Shown here: positions 53,953 to 64,000 of the stretch, piece by piece | Layout of the letters: each line of letters opens with the position of its first letter | Numbering within the stretch: position 1 is the stretch's first letter | Source of the DNA: an uncultured Actinomycetota bacterium | Lineage (GTDB): Bacteria > Actinomycetota > Thermoleophilia > Gaiellales > F1-60-MAGs149 | Assembly: GCA_963767885.1 (NCBI GenBank) | Contig: CAVYFW010000023.1 | Span: forward strand, 74,231-138,230 | Length of the DNA: 64,000 bases | Direction of reading: 5' to 3' | Notes under the pieces: model-generated | What the model saw: the letters and a program-made list of their open reading frames with translations, nothing else | Database searches by the model: none | Told to the model about the DNA's origin: nothing | Program-made: the position numbers and the translations under genes

Positions 53953-55105
53953 TCACGCTGCCACCACCGGGGCAGGGACGCGGCTCCGCCAGACCCCCGC
54001 GACGACCACCAGCGCGGGGACGACCAGCGCCCCGACCGCGTGCTGGAGCCCCACGACGGGCTCCAGCACGACCGTGCTCGCCGGCAGCGCGATCGCCGTC
54101 AGCGCCCCGCACGCCATCACGGCGCTGGCCGCCAGCCGGTCGTCGTGGGTCGCCGCCGCGAGCCGCGCCATGCCGAGCGCGAGGATCGGCCCGATGCTGC
54201 CGCCGATCAGCGCGGCGGCCGCCACCACCATGGCGGCGTCCGGCGCGGCGCCGAGCAGCAGCAGCCCGACCACGACGCCGCCGGAGCACACCGCGAGCAC
54301 GCGCGCCTCGCCGAGCCGCGTGAGGAAGGCGGCGACGGTCAGCCGGGAGAGGAACAGCGCCCCCATGTAGACCGCCGTCAGGGCGCTGGCGGCGGCCACG
54401 GAGACGGCGAACTCGTCGTGCGCGAGCTGCGCCAGCCAGAGCGGCACGACGTTCTGGATGCCGAGCGAGAGCGACGCCACGGCGAGCGCCCAGCGCGCCC
54501 GGGCCGACAGGTGGCCCATGCGGAGCGTCATGCGCGGCGACGGCCAGCCGGCCCCAGCGACCCGCCCAGGGGACGTAGAGCAGCAGCCCGACGGCCACGA
54601 GCACGAACCCCGCGCGCCAGGAGACCCCGGCCTCGAGCAGCGCGGCGATCGCGAGCGGGGCCACGAAGGCACCGGCGCCGCCGCCGACGTGGAACAGCGA
54701 CAGGGCGCGCGCCCGGAACGGGCCGGCCAGCGCGGACAGCTCCGACTGCGCGCGGGCGTTGAGGGCGTAGATCCCCACGCCTGCGAACGTCATCGCGGCC
54801 ACGAGGCCGGGGAAGCCGCCCAGGGTCGCCGCGACGAGGGCCGCCGCCGCGACGAGCGCCATGGGCCGGGGGCGGAACACGCGCCGGTCGGACAGCCCGA
54901 CGGCGAGCGCGCCCGCGATCATGCCCGCCGTCTGGGCGACGTAGAGCAGCGCGATCTGGCCGTAGCCGATCGACAGGTCGGGCCGCATGTCGGGCGCCGT
55001 CGTGCCGACGAGCCCCAGCACCGCGGCGGCCAGCGGGCTGGGCGGGAAGAGCCACCAGGGGAGCCGCGGGCGCGTCCCGGCCGGCTCCCGGGTCGTCAGC
55101 CCCAC
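53953..55105 (-). pseudogene. MFS transporter, frame interrupted once
   Basis: The N-terminal half (...IALLYVAQTAGMIAGALAVGLSDRR...) and C-terminal half (...LAVASLSLGIQNVVPLWLAQL...) are in successive frames, with the shift ~54550. Confidence 0.7.
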
Positions 55106-55884
55106 GCGACCACGCCGTCGGGGTGCCGCTCGTGCACGCGCGGGTCGTGGCTCGGCAGGAACGTCCCGCCCTGCGCCCGCGTCCAGGCCATCGCCTCCAG
55201 GCAGCGGGCGACGTCCTCCAGGGCGCCCACGGGGTGGTCGTCCTCGAGGTTGCGGTACGTCCAGACGGTGTCGCCCGGGTGCACGACCGGGCCGTCGCCC
55301 GTCGCGATCACGACCCCCGCGCTGTCGACGGCGTGCCCGCCGAGGTAGCGGATCGCGATGCCGTCGAGCGGGGTCGGCCCGTCCTCGCACGCCTGCACCC
55401 GCCCGCCGCGCTCCGCCCGCAGGAAGCGCAGGGCGTGCGCGGGGTACAGCGGGTCCGGCAGGAGCTGCGGCAGCCGGGCGGCGACGTCGTCCAGCCGCGC
55501 CAGCGCCTGCGCCGAGACGAGGACGCGGGCGCGGGGGAAGCGGTCGATGTTCCACACGTGGTCGGCGTGCGCGTGCGTGAGCACGATCGCCTCGACGTCG
55601 TCGGGCCGCACGCCGTGCCGCGCCAGCAGGGTCTCGACCGGGCGGTCGGGCACGGTCGCCCGCACGAGCCCGCGCTCGCCGACCGTGCCGCGCAGGAAGC
55701 CGTTGAACGGGTCGAGGTCGTCCATCCCGCAGTCGACCAGCACGCGGCGGTCGCCGGACTCCAGCAGCAGCACGTGGTAGTCGAACCGCTCCCAGGCGTC
55801 GAAGCCGGCCTGCAGCCGCACCTGCGCCCCCGGCACGTCCTGCGACGCGTAGTGCAGCAGGCGCACCGTCCACGTCGTGGTCAT
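55096..55884 (-). CDS. MBL-fold hydrolase (lactonase-like)
   Basis: 262 aa with LTHAHADH motif. Confidence 0.78.
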   Translation of the reverse strand: MTTTWTVRLLHYASQDVPGAQVRLQAGFDAWERFDYHVLLLESGDRRVLVDCGMDDLDPFNGFLRGTVGERGLVRATVPDRPVETLLARHGVRPDDVEAIVLTHAHADHVWNIDRFPRARVLVSAQALARLDDVAARLPQLLPDPLYPAHALRFLRAERGGRVQACEDGPTPLDGIAIRYLGGHAVDSAGVVIATGDGPVVHPGDTVWTYRNLEDDHPVGALEDVARCLEAMAWTRAQGGTFLPSHDPRVHERHPDGVVAWG

Positions 55885-57585
55885 CGGGCTCCGGGCGCGA
55901 GCACGTCGAGGTCGGCGCCGAGGTTGGCCTGCAGGACGCCGAGGGCGTGGATGCGCCGCCAGCCGCGCTCCGGCGGCACGGGCGGCGTCCACGCGGCGCG
56001 CCGGCGCTCCAGCTCCGCCGGGTCGACGAGCAGGTCGAGGCTGCCGGCGCGCGACGTCGAGCGCGATCTCGTCGCCGTCGCGCACGAGCGCCAGCGGCCC
56101 GCCGACCGCGGCCTCGGGGCGCGCAGTGCAGGACGATCGTGCCGTACGCGGTGCCGCTCATGCGGGCGTCGGAGATCCGCACCATGTCGCGCACGCCGGC
56201 CGCCGCGAGCCGCCGCGGCAGCGGCAGGGCGCCGGCCTCCGGCATCCCCGCGGCGACGGGCCCGGCGTTGCGCAGCACGAGCACGTCCTCCGGCATCACG
56301 TCGAGGGCGGGATCGTCGATGCGGGCGGCGAGGTCGGCCGGCGAGTCGAACACCCGCGCCCGTCCGCGGTGGCGCAGCAGCGCGGGCGTCGCCGCGGCGG
56401 GCTTCATCACCGCGCCGTCGGGCGCCAGCGAGCCGCGCACGACGGCGAGGCCGCCGGGCGGGCGCGACCGGGTCGTCGAGGCCGCGGATCACCCGCTGCC
56501 AGTCGCCGGGCGGCGGTGCCGCGTCGGCGATCGCGCCGAGCGTGGGGCCGGCGACGGTGCGCGCGTCGGGCTCCAGGAACGGCCGCAGGACGCGCAGCAG
56601 GGCGGGCACGCCGCCGGCGCGGTGCAGGTCCTCCAGGTAGCCCGAGCCGCTCGGCTTGCACGTCGACGAGCACGGGCACCTCGCGCGCCACGGCGCCGAT
56701 GTCGTCCAGCGAGAGCGGGACGCCGGCGCGGCGGGCGATGGCCAGCAGGTGCACGATCGCGTTCGTGGAGCCGCCGATGGCGGCCAGCACCACGAGCGCG
56801 TTGTGGAACGCGCGGCGGTCGAGCACGTCGGCGGGGCGCACGGGATCGACGGCGAGCCGCGCGGCCAGGCGGCCGGCCCGCTCGCCGTGCGCCAGCCGCT
56901 CGCCCGTCGGCGCCGGCGCGGTGGCGGAGCCCGGCGTCGACATGCCGAGGGCCTCGGCCAGGATGGCCATCGTCGAGGCCGTGCCCATGACCATGCACGT
57001 GCCGGCGGTGGGGCAGAGGGCGCCCTCGACGGAGGCGATGTCGTCGGCGCCCAGCACGCCCGCGCGGTGCTCCGCCCAGTACGCGCGGCAGTCCGTGCAC
57101 GCTCCGGTGCGCCGGCCGCGCCACTCGCCGGCCAGCATCGGGCCCGACACCACCTGCACGGCCGGCACGCCCGCGGAGGCCGCCGCCATCAGGTGGGCGG
57201 GCACGGTCTTGTCGCAGCCGCCCACCAGCACGACCGCGTCGAGCGGCTGGGACCGCAGCTGCTCCTCGAGCGCCATCGCCGCGAGGTTGCGGTAGAGCAT
57301 CGCGGTCGGCGAGAGCAGGGGCTCGCCCAGCGCCATGGTGGGGAAGACCATCGGCAGCGCCCCGCCCGCCGCGACGCCGCGCGCGATCGCCCGCACGAGC
57401 TCCGGCATCTGCCGGTGGCAGGGCACGTAGTCGCTGGAGGTGTCCGCGATGGCGACGACGGGCGAGGCGAGGTGCTCGTCGAGCCCCGCCGCGCGCAGGA
57501 AGGCGCGGCGCAGGAACCAGCTGAAGTCGCGATCGCCGTACTCCGTGAGCCCGCGCTCGAGGCCGCGGGCCTGCCCGTCGCTCAC
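55881..57585 (-). pseudogene. IlvD/Edd-family dehydratase (sugar-acid dehydratase-like), frame interrupted about four times
   Basis: VGGCDKTVPA, CPTAGTCMVMGTASTM (first frame); GVPALLRVLRPFLEPDARTVAGP...; GSLAPDGAVMKPAA...RISDARMSGTAYG; ...LVRDGDEIALDV...; LLVDPAELERRR... These lie in successive frames. Confidence 0.78.
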
Positions 57586-58497
57586 GTCGCGTCGTCCGCG
57601 GGGGCGCTGACCTCCCGGAGCGCGGCGAGCACGCTCGTGAAGTCGTCGTCGGCGTGCCCGCGGGCCAGCGCCAGCGTCATCTGCTGCGCCGCCGCCGCGC
57701 CGACCGGCACGGGGACGCCGCTGCGGGTGGCCAGACCCAGCGCCAGGCCGAGGTCCTTCGCGGCGAGCCGCGTCGCGAAGCCGGGGGTGAGGTCGCCGGC
57801 CAGCGCCTTCTCCTGGTACGTGACGGCGAGGTGGGTGTTGGCCGCCGCGCCGGCGAGGAGCACGCGCAGCACGACGTCCCGCGGCAGCCCGGCCCGCTCC
57901 GCGAGGGTCAGCGCCTCGGCGTTGGCGGCGACGATGGTGGTCGTCAGGAGGTTGTTCACGAGCTTCATGGTGCTGCCCGCGCCGGCCGGACCGCAGTGGG
58001 TGATGGTGGTGGCCATCGGCTCCAGCACCGGGCGCCAGGCCTCCAGGAGGTCGGCGTCGCCGCCCACCATCAGGCTCAGCTCGCCCCGCACGGCGTGCGC
58101 GGACGTGCGCCCGACGGCGGCGTCGAGCATGCGGCCGCCCGCGGCGCGCACCTGCTCGTGCAGCCGCCGGCTGGTGGCCGGGTCGATCGTGCTCATCTCG
58201 ATCAGGGTGCCGCCCTCGAGCGCCTCGAGCACGCCGTCCGGCCCCGTCACCGCCTCCATGACCGCCGCGTCGTCCGGCAGCATCGTGATGACGACGTCCG
58301 ACGCGGCCGCGACCGCCGCCGGCGTCGCCACGGTCACGGCGCCGCCGCCGCGCCGACTCGTCCGCCCGCTCGGCGACGCGGTCGCAGGCCACCACGGGGA
58401 AGCCGCCGGGATCGAGCAGCCGCGCCGTCATCGGCCCGCCCATGGCGCCGAGCCCGACCACGCCGACCGCGGTGCGCCCGTCAGCGCGGCGGGGCAT
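57582..58497 (-). pseudogene. NAD-binding 3-hydroxyisobutyrate / 6-phosphogluconate dehydrogenase-like oxidoreductase, frame interrupted once
   Basis: VGVVGLGAMGGPM Rossmann start, then shift (~58345) into ...SDVVITMLPDD...GAGSTMKLVNN... Confidence 0.75.
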
Positions 58498-58784
58498 CGA
58501 CGGCCTCGAGGTACACGGTGAAGCCCGCCCGGCCCGCCGTGAAGGTGGCCCCGGCGCCGCGCAGCAGCACCAGGGAGTTGCCGGCGGCGAGCGCGAAGTC
58601 GCCGACGCCGGTCTCCGCCGTGCCCTCGCCCTCGACGACGTAGGCCGCGTACTCGACGTCGCCGGCCGGGCAGCTGCTCCGCCGCGCCCGGCTCGAGCTG
58701 CAGCAGGCGCAGGTAGCGCCACGGGCCGGCGAGCACCGGGCGGGGGTCGTGCGGGCGCCCGTGGTTCAGGTCGACGACGTGCAC
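58481..58784 (-). pseudogene. Small cupin-like protein, frame interrupted once
   Basis: VHVVDLNHGRPHDPRPVLAGPWRYLRLLQLEPGAAEQLP then shift (~58660) into GDVEYAAYVVEGEGTAETGV...FTVYLEAVDAPPR*. RBS GAGGAGG. Confidence 0.55.
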
Positions 58785-58785
58785 G

Positions 58786-59190
58786 TCAGGCCTCCTCGGT
58801 GGGGCGGTGCGGCGGCAGGACGTCGGTGATCGGCGGCGGCAGCATCTCGGAGACGATGAGCTCGACGGGCTCGTCGCCGAGCGGCCGGAACGAGTGGCGG
58901 CCGTGGAGCGGCGTCAGCACGGCCTCGCCGGGACCGATCTCCCGCACCTCGTCGCCCACGCGCATCTCGCCGCGGCCGCGCACCACGAAGTAGACCTCCT
59001 CCGTGCGCGAGTGCACGTGCTCGCCGATCACGACGCCGGGCGGCACGACGACGTGCTCGAACGAGTCGAGGTCGGACCACATCATGTTCCCGGTCATGAA
59101 CCGGCTCCAGGTGAGGGCTCCCGAGCCGCCGTGGACGCCGTGGATGTGCACCGGCGTCGCGTTCGACCCGACCAGCACCGTCTCAGACAC
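58786..59190 (-). CDS. Cupin-domain protein
   Basis: 134 aa from GTG 59190 (RBS AAGGAG). GVVIGEHVHSRTEEVYFVVRGRGEM...GEAVLTPLHGRHSF. Confidence 0.78.
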   Translation of the reverse strand: MSETVLVGSNATPVHIHGVHGGSGALTWSRFMTGNMMWSDLDSFEHVVVPPGVVIGEHVHSRTEEVYFVVRGRGEMRVGDEVREIGPGEAVLTPLHGRHSFRPLGDEPVELIVSEMLPPPITDVLPPHRPTEEA

Positions 59191-59305
59191 CGGGGTCTCC
59201 TTGCAACGGATTGCGGAGCCCCGAGTGAAGCGGGAAAGCCGTTTGGTGTCAACCTTCCAGGCACCTGGCCTCTGCGCTTGCACCGGGCGGTTCGGGCCGG
59301 TAGCG

Positions 59306-59319
59306 TGCAATCGCATGCA
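59306..59319. promoter_or_regulatory. LacI-family-type operator TGCAATCGCATGCA in the divergent promoter region
   Basis: Fits TGNAANCGNTTNCA with one mismatch. Overlaps a TAGCGT -10-like box (59301-59306), 31 nt before ATG 59350. Confidence 0.5.
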
Positions 59320-59349
59320 AGTGAGCGTCGCTGCGCCCCGAGGCCGCTG

Positions 59350-60561
59350 ATGGCCCGCCTGCTCGAGCACGCCGCGAAGGCCGCGCTCGCGGGGCAGGGC
59401 GTACGCGTGCCGGAGGGCATCGTCGCGCGCTCGGCGGCGGAGGCCGAGGAGGCCGCCCGCCGGCTCGGCGGCGGAGCCTGCTTCGTCAAGGCGCTCGTGC
59501 CCGCGAACCGGCGCGGCATCGCGGGCGGCGTCCTGCGCGCCGACGACCCGGCCGCCGCGGGCGAGGCCGCGCGCGCGCTCATCGGCGCCCCGCTCCTGGA
59601 CGCCACGCCCGACGCGGTGCTGGTCGAGGCGGCGGCCGACATCGAGCGCGAGCTCTACCTCGCGATCGTGCTCGACGCCTCGGTCGGCGGGCCGGTCGCG
59701 CTGGCCTCCGTGCACGGCGGCACGTCGGTCGAGGCGGACGTCGCCGCGGGACGCGCCGCCGTCGCGCGCCGCCCGCTCGACCCCTGGGGCCGCATCCAGC
59801 CGTACGAGCTGCGGCTCCTGTGGGCCGAGGCGGGGCTGGACGGCCCGGCGCTCGCCCCGGTCGCCGCGGTCTCGACCGCCGTGGCGCGGGCCGCCCTGGC
59901 CCTCGACGCGACGCTGCTCGAGATCAACCCCCTGGCGCTCACGCCCGACGGCCCGATCTGCGTCGGCGCGCTGCTCGAGGTGGACGACGACGCCCGCTGG
60001 CGCCAGGGCTGGCTGCCGCCGGAGGACGACTGGTCGCCCGCCGCCTGGCGCCCCGCCACCGACCGCGAGCGGCGGGCGCGCGCCTCGGCGGACGCCGATG
60101 CGCACCGCGGCACCGCGCGCTTCGTGGAGATCGACGGCGGCGGCGACATCGGCCTGGTCACGGGCGGCGGCGGGGCGAGCCTCGTCGTCTTCGACGCCGT
60201 GCGCCGCGCCGGCGGCTCGCCCGCGGCCTACACCGAGGTCGGCGGCAACCCGACCGCGGCCAAGGTGCAGGGGCTGACCCGCGAGGTGCTCGACTGCCCC
60301 GGCGTGCGCGGGCTCCTGGTCGCGCACAACCTCACCAGCAACACGCAGGTCGACCTCGTGGCCGAGGGCGTGCTCGCGGCGCTGGCCGAGCGGGGCCTCG
60401 ACGCGGCGAGCTTCCCGGTCGTCGCCCGCGAGGTCGGCACCCACGACCGCGCGGGCCGAGCGGCGCTCGAGGCGGCGGGCGTCGAGACGCTCGGCGAGGA
60501 GGTGGGCCTCGAGGCGGCGGCGGCCCGCATCGTCGAGCGCGTCGCCGGAGCGCCCGCGTGA
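59350..60561 (+). CDS. ATP-grasp succinyl-CoA-synthetase beta-subunit-like protein (acid-CoA ligase, ADP-forming)
   Basis: 403 aa. MARLLEHAAKAALAGQGVRVPEG..., ...LEINPLAL..., C-terminal ligase-CoA-like domain. Confidence 0.75.
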   Translation: MARLLEHAAKAALAGQGVRVPEGIVARSAAEAEEAARRLGGGACFVKALVPANRRGIAGGVLRADDPAAAGEAARALIGAPLLDATPDAVLVEAAADIERELYLAIVLDASVGGPVALASVHGGTSVEADVAAGRAAVARRPLDPWGRIQPYELRLLWAEAGLDGPALAPVAAVSTAVARAALALDATLLEINPLALTPDGPICVGALLEVDDDARWRQGWLPPEDDWSPAAWRPATDRERRARASADADAHRGTARFVEIDGGGDIGLVTGGGGASLVVFDAVRRAGGSPAAYTEVGGNPTAAKVQGLTREVLDCPGVRGLLVAHNLTSNTQVDLVAEGVLAALAERGLDAASFPVVAREVGTHDRAGRAALEAAGVETLGEEVGLEAAAARIVERVAGAPA

Positions 60562-61537
60562 TCGAGCGCGGCGCCCGCGTCGTCATCCAGGGGGCGACGG
60601 GGCGCGAGGCCCGGATGGTCGTCCGCCACATGCTGGCCTACGGCACCCCGGTCGCGGCCGGCGTCACGCCGGGGCGGGGCGGGGAGGACGTGGAGGGCGT
60701 GCCGGTCCACGACAGCGTCGAGGACGCGGTCGCCGCCGGCGGCCCGATCGCGGCCTCCCTCGTGTCCGTGCCGCCCGCGGCCACCCTCGACGCCGCCTGC
60801 GAGGCACTCGCCGCCGGCGTCGGCGCTGCTGGTGGTCGCGACGGAGAACGTGCCGCGGCTCGACGCCGCCCGCCTCGTCGCGCGGGCCCGCGAGCACGGG
60901 GCGACCGTCGTCGGGCCCAACTCCGTCGGCCTGATCCGGCCCGGCGAGCGCATGAAGCTCGGCGCGATCGGCGGCGACGACGCCGACCGCGCGTTCGCTC
61001 CGGGGCCCGTCGCCGTGATCTCGCGCAGCGGCGGCCTCACCGTCGAGACGGCGCTGGGCCTGCGGCTGGCCGGCCTCGGGGTCTCGACCGCCGTGTCCGT
61101 CGGCGGCGACGCCATCGTCGGCACGCCGCCGGCCGGGCTCGCCGAGCGCCTCGCCGCCGACCCGGGCACGCGCGCCATCGTCGTCGTCGGCGAGCCGGGC
61201 ACCCGCCACGAGCTCGACCTGGCCGACGCCATCGCCGCGGGCCGCATCGGGGTGCCGGTGGTGGTGCACGTGCCCGGCCGCTTCATGGAGGACTTCCCGC
61301 AGGGCATGCGCTTCGGGCACGCCGGCGCCGTCATCGGCGGGCGACGACGAGCGGCCCGGCCCCAAGCTGCGCGCGCTGGCGGCGGCCGGCGCGCTCGTCG
61401 CCGAGACCTACGGCGAGATCGTGCCGCTCGTGCGCGACGCCCTCGCCCGAGACCACGTGCCGGCGCCGTCGATCGACGCGGCACCCATGGCCGCCGGCCC
61501 GCCCGCCGGCCGCGTTCGCGCATCAGGAGGACGATGA
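60558..61537 (+). pseudogene. Succinyl-CoA-synthetase alpha-subunit-like CoA-binding protein, frame interrupted twice
   Basis: VVIQGATGREARM (frame 0), ...VISRSGGLTVE...FGHAGAVIGG (frame 1, shift ~60825), ...PKLRALAAAGALVAETYGEIV... (frame 2, shift ~61338). TGA 61535-61537. Confidence 0.72.
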
Positions 61538-61538
61538 G

Positions 61539-62872
61539 ATGGCGCTTCCGACCTACGGGGCCAACGCGGTCGACTGGGAGGCCCGGATCGACCACCAGAA
61601 GCTGCGGGAGGACCGCCTGGCGCGCGCCCGCGCGGCGATCGAGCAGGCCGGCATCGGTGCCTTCCTCTGCTTCGACAACGCGAACATCCGCTACATCACG
61701 GCCACCCAGATCGGCACGTGGTCGGAGGGCAAGGCCGGCCGCTACTGCCTGCTGCCGCGGGGCGGCGAGCCGCACCTGTGGGACTTCGGCTCGGCGGCGC
61801 GGCACCACCAGATCTACTGCCCCTGGCTCGGCGACCGCTCCCAGCCCGGCATCGCGACCCAGCACGGCGCGATGCCCCGCGAGGCGAAGCGGCCGGAGGT
61901 CATCGCCAACCGCATCGCCGAGGTGCTGCGCGAGCACGACCTCATGGACGCGCCGCTCGCCGTCGACATCGCGCACCCGCCCGTGCTGTTCGCGCTGCAG
62001 CGGCTGGGGCTCGAGATCGTCGACGGCCAGGAGCTGCTGCTCAAGGCCCGCGCGGTCAAGACGACGGAGGAGATCCGGCTGCTCACGCAGGCCTGCACGC
62101 TCGTCGACGCCGCGTACGAGGCGCTCTACGAGCTGATGCGGCCGGGCGTGCGGGAGAACGACTGCGTGGCGGAGGTCAACCGCGTCCTCTACTCGATGGG
62201 CTCCGAGTTCGTCGAGGGCGTGAACGCCATCTCCGGCGAGCGCTGCAGCCCGCACCCGCACAACTTCTCCGACCGCGTGCTGCGGCCCGGCGACCCCGTC
62301 TACTTCGACATCATCCACTCCTACCAGGGCTACCGCACCTGCTACTACCGGACGCTCGCCATCGGCTCCGCCTCGCGCCCGATCGTCGACGCCTACAAGC
62401 GCTGCCGGTACTACCTCGACATCGCGATCGACGCGCATGCGCCCCGGCATCACGACGGCCGACATCGCCAGCCTGTGGCCGAGGCGCCGAGGAGTTCGGC
62501 TTCCCCAACGAGGAGGCCGCGTTCGCGCTGCAGTACGGCCACGGCGTCGGCCTCGCGGTGTGGGAGAAGCCGCTGATCAGCCGCATGGTCTCGCTCGACC
62601 ACCCCGAGCCCATCGAGGAGGGCATGGTGATCGCGCTCGAGACCTTCTGGCCGTCCTCCGACGGCTGGAGCGCGGCGCGCATCGAGGAGCAGCTCGTGGT
62701 GACGAAGGACGGGTGCGAGGTCATCACGCGCTTCCCGGCCGAGGAGCTGCTGGTCGCGGGGCACCGCTACTACACGACGGGCGGCGCGCTGCCGCTGGAG
62801 CGGGACCACGAGTCGCACCGCAACCGCGACGGCGCCGCCATGCCGGCTGCGCACTCCGGGGCGCCGTCGTGA
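61539..62872 (+). pseudogene. M24-family metallopeptidase-fold enzyme (creatinase/Xaa-Pro dipeptidase-like), frame interrupted twice
   Basis: RBS AGGAGG. ...GDPVYFDIIHSYQGYRTCYYRT... (frame 0), PGITTADIASLWP (frame 1), ...FALQYGHGVGLAVWEKP...VIALETFW...RIEEQLVVT (frame 2). Shifts ~62437 and ~62480. Confidence 0.75.
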
Positions 62873-62914
62873 TGCGCCGGGTGCCCGCGCCGGGAGCCAG
62901 GGAGGAGCACGCCC

Positions 62915-64000
62915 ATGAAGGCCGCCGTCTACCACGGGCAGCGCGACCTGCGGATCGAGGACGTCCCGAAGCCGCAGGCGGGCCCGGGCGAGCTGCTGCT
63001 CGAGGTGCACAGCGTCGGCGTCTGCGGGACCGACGCCGGCGAGTGGGAGCACGGGCCCGTTCATCTACTCCGTGCCGGGCCCGCACCGCGTCACCGGGCA
63101 CACCGGCCCGCTGATCCCGGGCCACGAGCTCTCCGGGCGCGTGGTCGAGATCGGGCCGGGCGTGGAGGGCTTCGAGATCGGGGCCGTCGTGACGTGCGGC
63201 GCGGGCTACACGATCGACACCGACGAGGAGGTGCAGCGCGGCCGGCCCGAACCTGTCGTCCGCACTACGCGACGGTCGGCCTGCAGCGCCACGGCGGGCT
63301 CGCGCAGTGGGTGACGGTGCCGGCGGAGATCTGCGTCGACGTGCGGCCGTACGGCCTCGGCGACGACGGCGCGGCGCTGGCCCAGCCGGTGGCCATCGCC
63401 GTGCACTCCATGCGCCGCGGCCGGCTGCAGCCGGGCGAGCAGGCGCTCGTGATCGGCGCCGGCGGCATCGGCGTCTTCCTGCTCTACGCGGCCGTCGAGC
63501 TCGGCGCGCGGGTCGCCGTCGCCGACCTCGACGAGGTGCGCCTCGGCATCGCCCGCGACCTCGGCGCCCACGACCTGATCGACGCCCGCGAGGGGCCGCT
63601 GCCGGAGCTCCTCGCGGCGCGCGGCATCCGCCCGGACGTCGATCTACGAGGTCACGGGCAGCGACGCCGGCCTGCGCAGCGCCATCACGTCGGCGCCCGA
63701 ACGGCTCGCGCGTCGTGCTCGTCGGCCTCCACGAGCACCCCCGCGAGATCGACGTCCGGCGCGTGACGCTCGGCGAGATCGACCTGCTCGGCACGAACGC
63801 GCACGTCTGCGACGTCGACCTGCCGGAGGCGGTGCGCGTGCTGTCGACGCGGCCGCAGGGCTGGGCCGACATCGCGCCGACGGCCTTCCCGCTCGAGCTC
63901 CTGCTGGAGGAGGGGATCCTGCCGATCGTCGAGCGCCGGGCGACGCGCATCAAGACGCTGATCGATCCCTGGGCGGATGCGCCGCGGGACGCGCTGACGG
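62915..64000 (+). pseudogene. Zn-dependent medium-chain alcohol/polyol dehydrogenase, frame interrupted about five times; runs off the window end
   Basis: MKAAVYHGQRDLRIEDVP..VGVCGTD, PGHELSGRVVEIG, HYATVGLQRHGGLAQ..VIGAGGIGV, IYEVTGSDAGL, GSRVVLVGL... lie in frames 2,0,1,2,0,1. No stop before 64000. Confidence 0.75.

Overview
Very GC-rich segment (over 70% G+C by eye, GC3 near 95% in real genes) of an actinobacterial-type chromosome. I found no rRNA, tRNA, CRISPR array or transposase. The left 29 kb is core housekeeping in a Mycobacterium-like order: efp, accB(fused)-accC-nusB, xseB-ispA, aroE, then tlyA-nadK-(P450)-recN-pyrG ... xerD. It also holds nitrogen genes (ald, amtB/P-II) and a PAS-GGDEF-HD-GYP enzyme. 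The middle holds an MFS/XRE pair, an M24 peptidase, a VOC protein, an amine oxidase, queF, deoB-deoA, secreted beta-propeller proteins and a GAF-GGDEF protein. The right 20 kb (43.8-64 kb) is a carbohydrate/organic-acid catabolic island. It comprises a sugar ABC transporter, SDRs, cupins, a lactonase-like MBL, an IlvD/Edd dehydratase, an MFS, a SucCD-like ligase, an M24 enzyme and an ADH, arranged in three transcription units that share a LacI-type operator. Main observations: (1) An AT-centred 12-bp palindrome, GTGCAATTGCAC, is grossly over-represented. It forms a roughly 60-70-bp paired-palindrome intergenic repeat (3 copies) and also sits in frame inside unrelated genes using rare codons. 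(2) About 50 single-base (+1) reading-frame disruptions occur in bursts within about 25 genes, while multi-kb neighbouring stretches are clean; this is either a sequence artefact or unusual decay. (3) AccB is fused to an OadA/PycB-like carboxyltransferase domain that has lost all metal and catalytic ligands. (4) amtB has no in-frame stop and reads into a Tyr51-less P-II gene, and is preceded by a leader carrying an intrinsic terminator. (5) Many genes look leaderless, with a TANNNT box 6-8 nt before the start codon. All coordinates and motif counts were read by eye and should be recomputed.
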